This document shows positions 61,607 to 64,000 of a DNA stretch of 64,000 nt, piece after piece. The position numbers and the translations under genes are program-made. The stretch lies in the NCBI GenBank assembly GCA_002104905.1, contig MCFE01000151.1, positions 62,001 through 126,000 on the forward strand, written 5' to 3'. How positions within the stretch are numbered: position 1 is the stretch's first letter; each line of letters opens with the position of its first letter. This DNA comes from Basidiobolus meristosporus CBS 931.73 (Eukaryota; Fungi; Basidiobolomycota). The notes beneath the pieces were generated by a model, which saw only the letters and a program-made list of their open reading frames with translations, had not been told where the DNA came from and searched no databases.

Positions 61607-63173
61607 CCTTACTTCGCTCAGGATTCGGATATCTTGGATTCAAAGATGGAATAGAACATTGGTTAGTGTCAAACTCTGGCAAGTAACCATTACTTGCAGT
61701 AACATGTTTCGAATGACTGGTTGATGTGGCACTCATGCACAAAACACAGCCCTCCAGCATCTATCACGAGATGTGGAGTATGCAAACCCAACTCCAAACT
61801 GGCAAGTTTTGGCTGATAGAATCTTCAATGGTCCAAAACCAGGCACTAATATCAATCACCCATCTATTGATGAGACTGTGAGCTATTGAGTAAATCAGCA
61901 GAATCATACCTATTTCATCTGGATGACCAACCTGGCCTTCCACCCACCTCTATAAATCAGCGCACCACTGCCTGTGGTCATGAATGTGTATTTTATGCAC
62001 CAGTACATAGCATTGACGCTCACCAACGTGCATCCCAAGCTAGCCTCGATGATTCGATCTCGTAATTGGAATGCACTCAAGCTTTGGCTGATCAAGTCTA
62101 GGGAGCGATATACCCACTGGTCAGGTTCTTCGTGGAAATGCTTTCATTGGCTGGTCATCATATTGCAGCCAGTGCCTGTCTACTGATCTACGTTATCTTA
62201 GCACAACCAAGACTTAAACACATGCGCAACAGCACATGAGCGTTCAAGCACCTGAGGTAAATGGCGGTATCACTCAGGATCAGGTGATGCTGTCACCTTC
62301 AACCCGAGGACTGACAAACGTAATGGGCGGTGGGCCAATAGATAGCCAACAATGCTGTGCTCACAAATAATGGGATCTACTTGAAGTCTTGTGCAAGCTT
62401 GAGCATAGATAACTCTCGAACTAACGCAGTGAAAACCCTAAAATCCGATTCTGAGCCAACAGATCAACTGGCCGGGATAGCTATCCCTTACTCGCTGTTA
62501 TTGACCACACAGCCTATGCTGGGATAAATAGAGTGATTTTGCACTACATTAATTATCTGGTTATATTAGGAACCTTGATTGTTCCCGTTCAGGTTCTGGA
62601 GACGACTGTTGATTCGTTCAAATATACTAGTTTATATTTCAGTAGTCACTAACAACTAGAGTGATCACTGAGCTTTGTTTGAATAATGCTAATAGGAAAT
62701 TTTATTTCGTGCCATATTCATGTATGCTCATGGGTTTGGATGTCATTACCAGATTTTAATAATCACCAAGATTTTCCATCTCTTGTGTTGGCGGATTCTC
62801 CCCTTTCTTGTCTTTCTTTCACCTACAATAGTTCACCCATTTTTACGGCTTTGTATTTTCCAGCTAATATTTCTCTGTGCGCTTCAACATTAAGTTTGCA
62901 CCAGTCCACTAGCAGCGATTGTTATTTTTCTATAGAAGGCCTTGTTCACTATTCGAGGCAGAGAGGCAGTACATCTACGAGTCAAACCTGAACTCACGCT
63001 AGTTTTCGATATCTGGAGACGAAGGTATTTTACTTTCTCAGGCACCTCAGCTATTTCTACGTTGGCTCTCATTTGAGTAGTTGCCCTGAAAGTTCCTTCC
63101 CTGATAAACAATAACCTGGAGAGTCTTCCACTTACAGACCTCTTATCTCATACCTGGGGTTAATTTACCAACC

Positions 63174-64000
63174 ATGGGAAATCACTCATCGAAAAAATCA
63201 AAGAGCTCTCCTGAAGGCGATACCACAGTAGTAAAAGGTCGAAGGGGTTCTCTCCCGTTCATTGATATTCTGAACAATAATGGCAACGGTGAAGCTGGTG
63301 AAGAGGAAGAGCAAGGTCAGGAAAACCCGGACTCGATTCTTTTGCGTCCAGGAGGTTCACAAAACAACACTGAGCTTGGTGTAGACGCCATCATCGCACC
63401 AACCATAACCTCGGTCATATCAACACATGGTCGTATGGGAAGTGACAAGTTGAAAGCTTTGAACATCGATGATATAATACTTCGTTTACTTGAAGCAGGG
63501 TATTCTGGCAAGGTCACTAAGACCCCATGCTTGAAAAATACGGAGATCGTTGCGGTGTGCGAGGCAGCTCGTGAGGTGTTTTTGTCCCAGCCTTCACTTG
63601 TCGAGTTATCGCCACCGATAAAGATTGCCGGAGATATCCATGGGCAATTCACCGATCTTCTCCGCCTTTTTGATATGTGCGGCTTCCCGCCAAATGCCAA
63701 TTTTCTTTTCTTGGGAGACTATGTCGATCGCGGACGCCAAAGTTTGGAAACCATCCTGCTTTTATTATGTTACAAGATTAAATACCCGGAAAATTTCTTC
63801 CTATTGAGAGGGAACCACGAATGTGCCAACGTTACTAGAGGTAATATTAGGATTGTTCGATATCACCAGTTGTCACACCACACCAATGGCTAACCATTTT
63901 CTTACGAACAGTGTACGGGTTCTATGACGAATGTAAAAGGAGATGTAACATCAAGATCTGGAAGACCTTCATCAATGTTTTTGACACTCTTCCAATCGCA
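63174..64000 (+). CDS. PPZ1: Ppz-type Ser/Thr protein phosphatase (PP1-related), 3'-truncated by window edge
   Basis: MGNHSSKK myristoylation-type start and N-terminal extension. GDIHGQ, GDYVDRG and LRGNHE motifs. Intron 63841-63911, then [20 protein letters not shown]. Confidence 0.88.

Noticed and set aside
58611-63807. Antisense and alternate-frame ORFs over NDUFS1, the zinc-finger gene, GPAT and PPZ
   Set aside because: They are shadows of real coding sequence with no motifs of their own.

Overview
Fungal nuclear DNA. The roughly 60-nt spliceosomal introns, Ppz-type phosphatase and SCT1/GPT2-type acyltransferase point to a fungus; an early-diverging lineage is my inference. Bases 1-~42.8 kb are a gene-free, almost CpG-free pile of nested transposons. 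It holds two Ty1/copia families (A and B), a young full-length Ty3/gypsy element (G1, 33946-41150) with four further G1 LTRs, a second gypsy family (G2), a further solo-LTR family (C), several pieces of a CACTA/CMC DNA transposon, and a 734-bp foldback element. Bases ~43.5-64 kb are CpG-normal host DNA interrupted by a 5.7-kb TE island. The host genes are a Crz1-like C2H2 transcription factor, a glycerol-3-phosphate acyltransferase, the complex I 75-kDa subunit, a CIA30-domain protein and a Ppz-like phosphatase. Most notable observations: (1) G1 inserts orientation-specifically at a non-palindromic site, with 4-bp TSDs CATC three times and CTTC once. (2) The CMC transposon can be reconstructed with a large unknown second ORF transcribed divergently from the transposase. 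(3) The young gypsy ORF is broken only by four in-frame TGA stops, most likely CGA->TGA. (4) A long-armed foldback element has a 3-bp AAT TSD. (5) A 6-nt microexon sits just before the GPAT catalytic motif. All alignments were done by eye and no database search was run.
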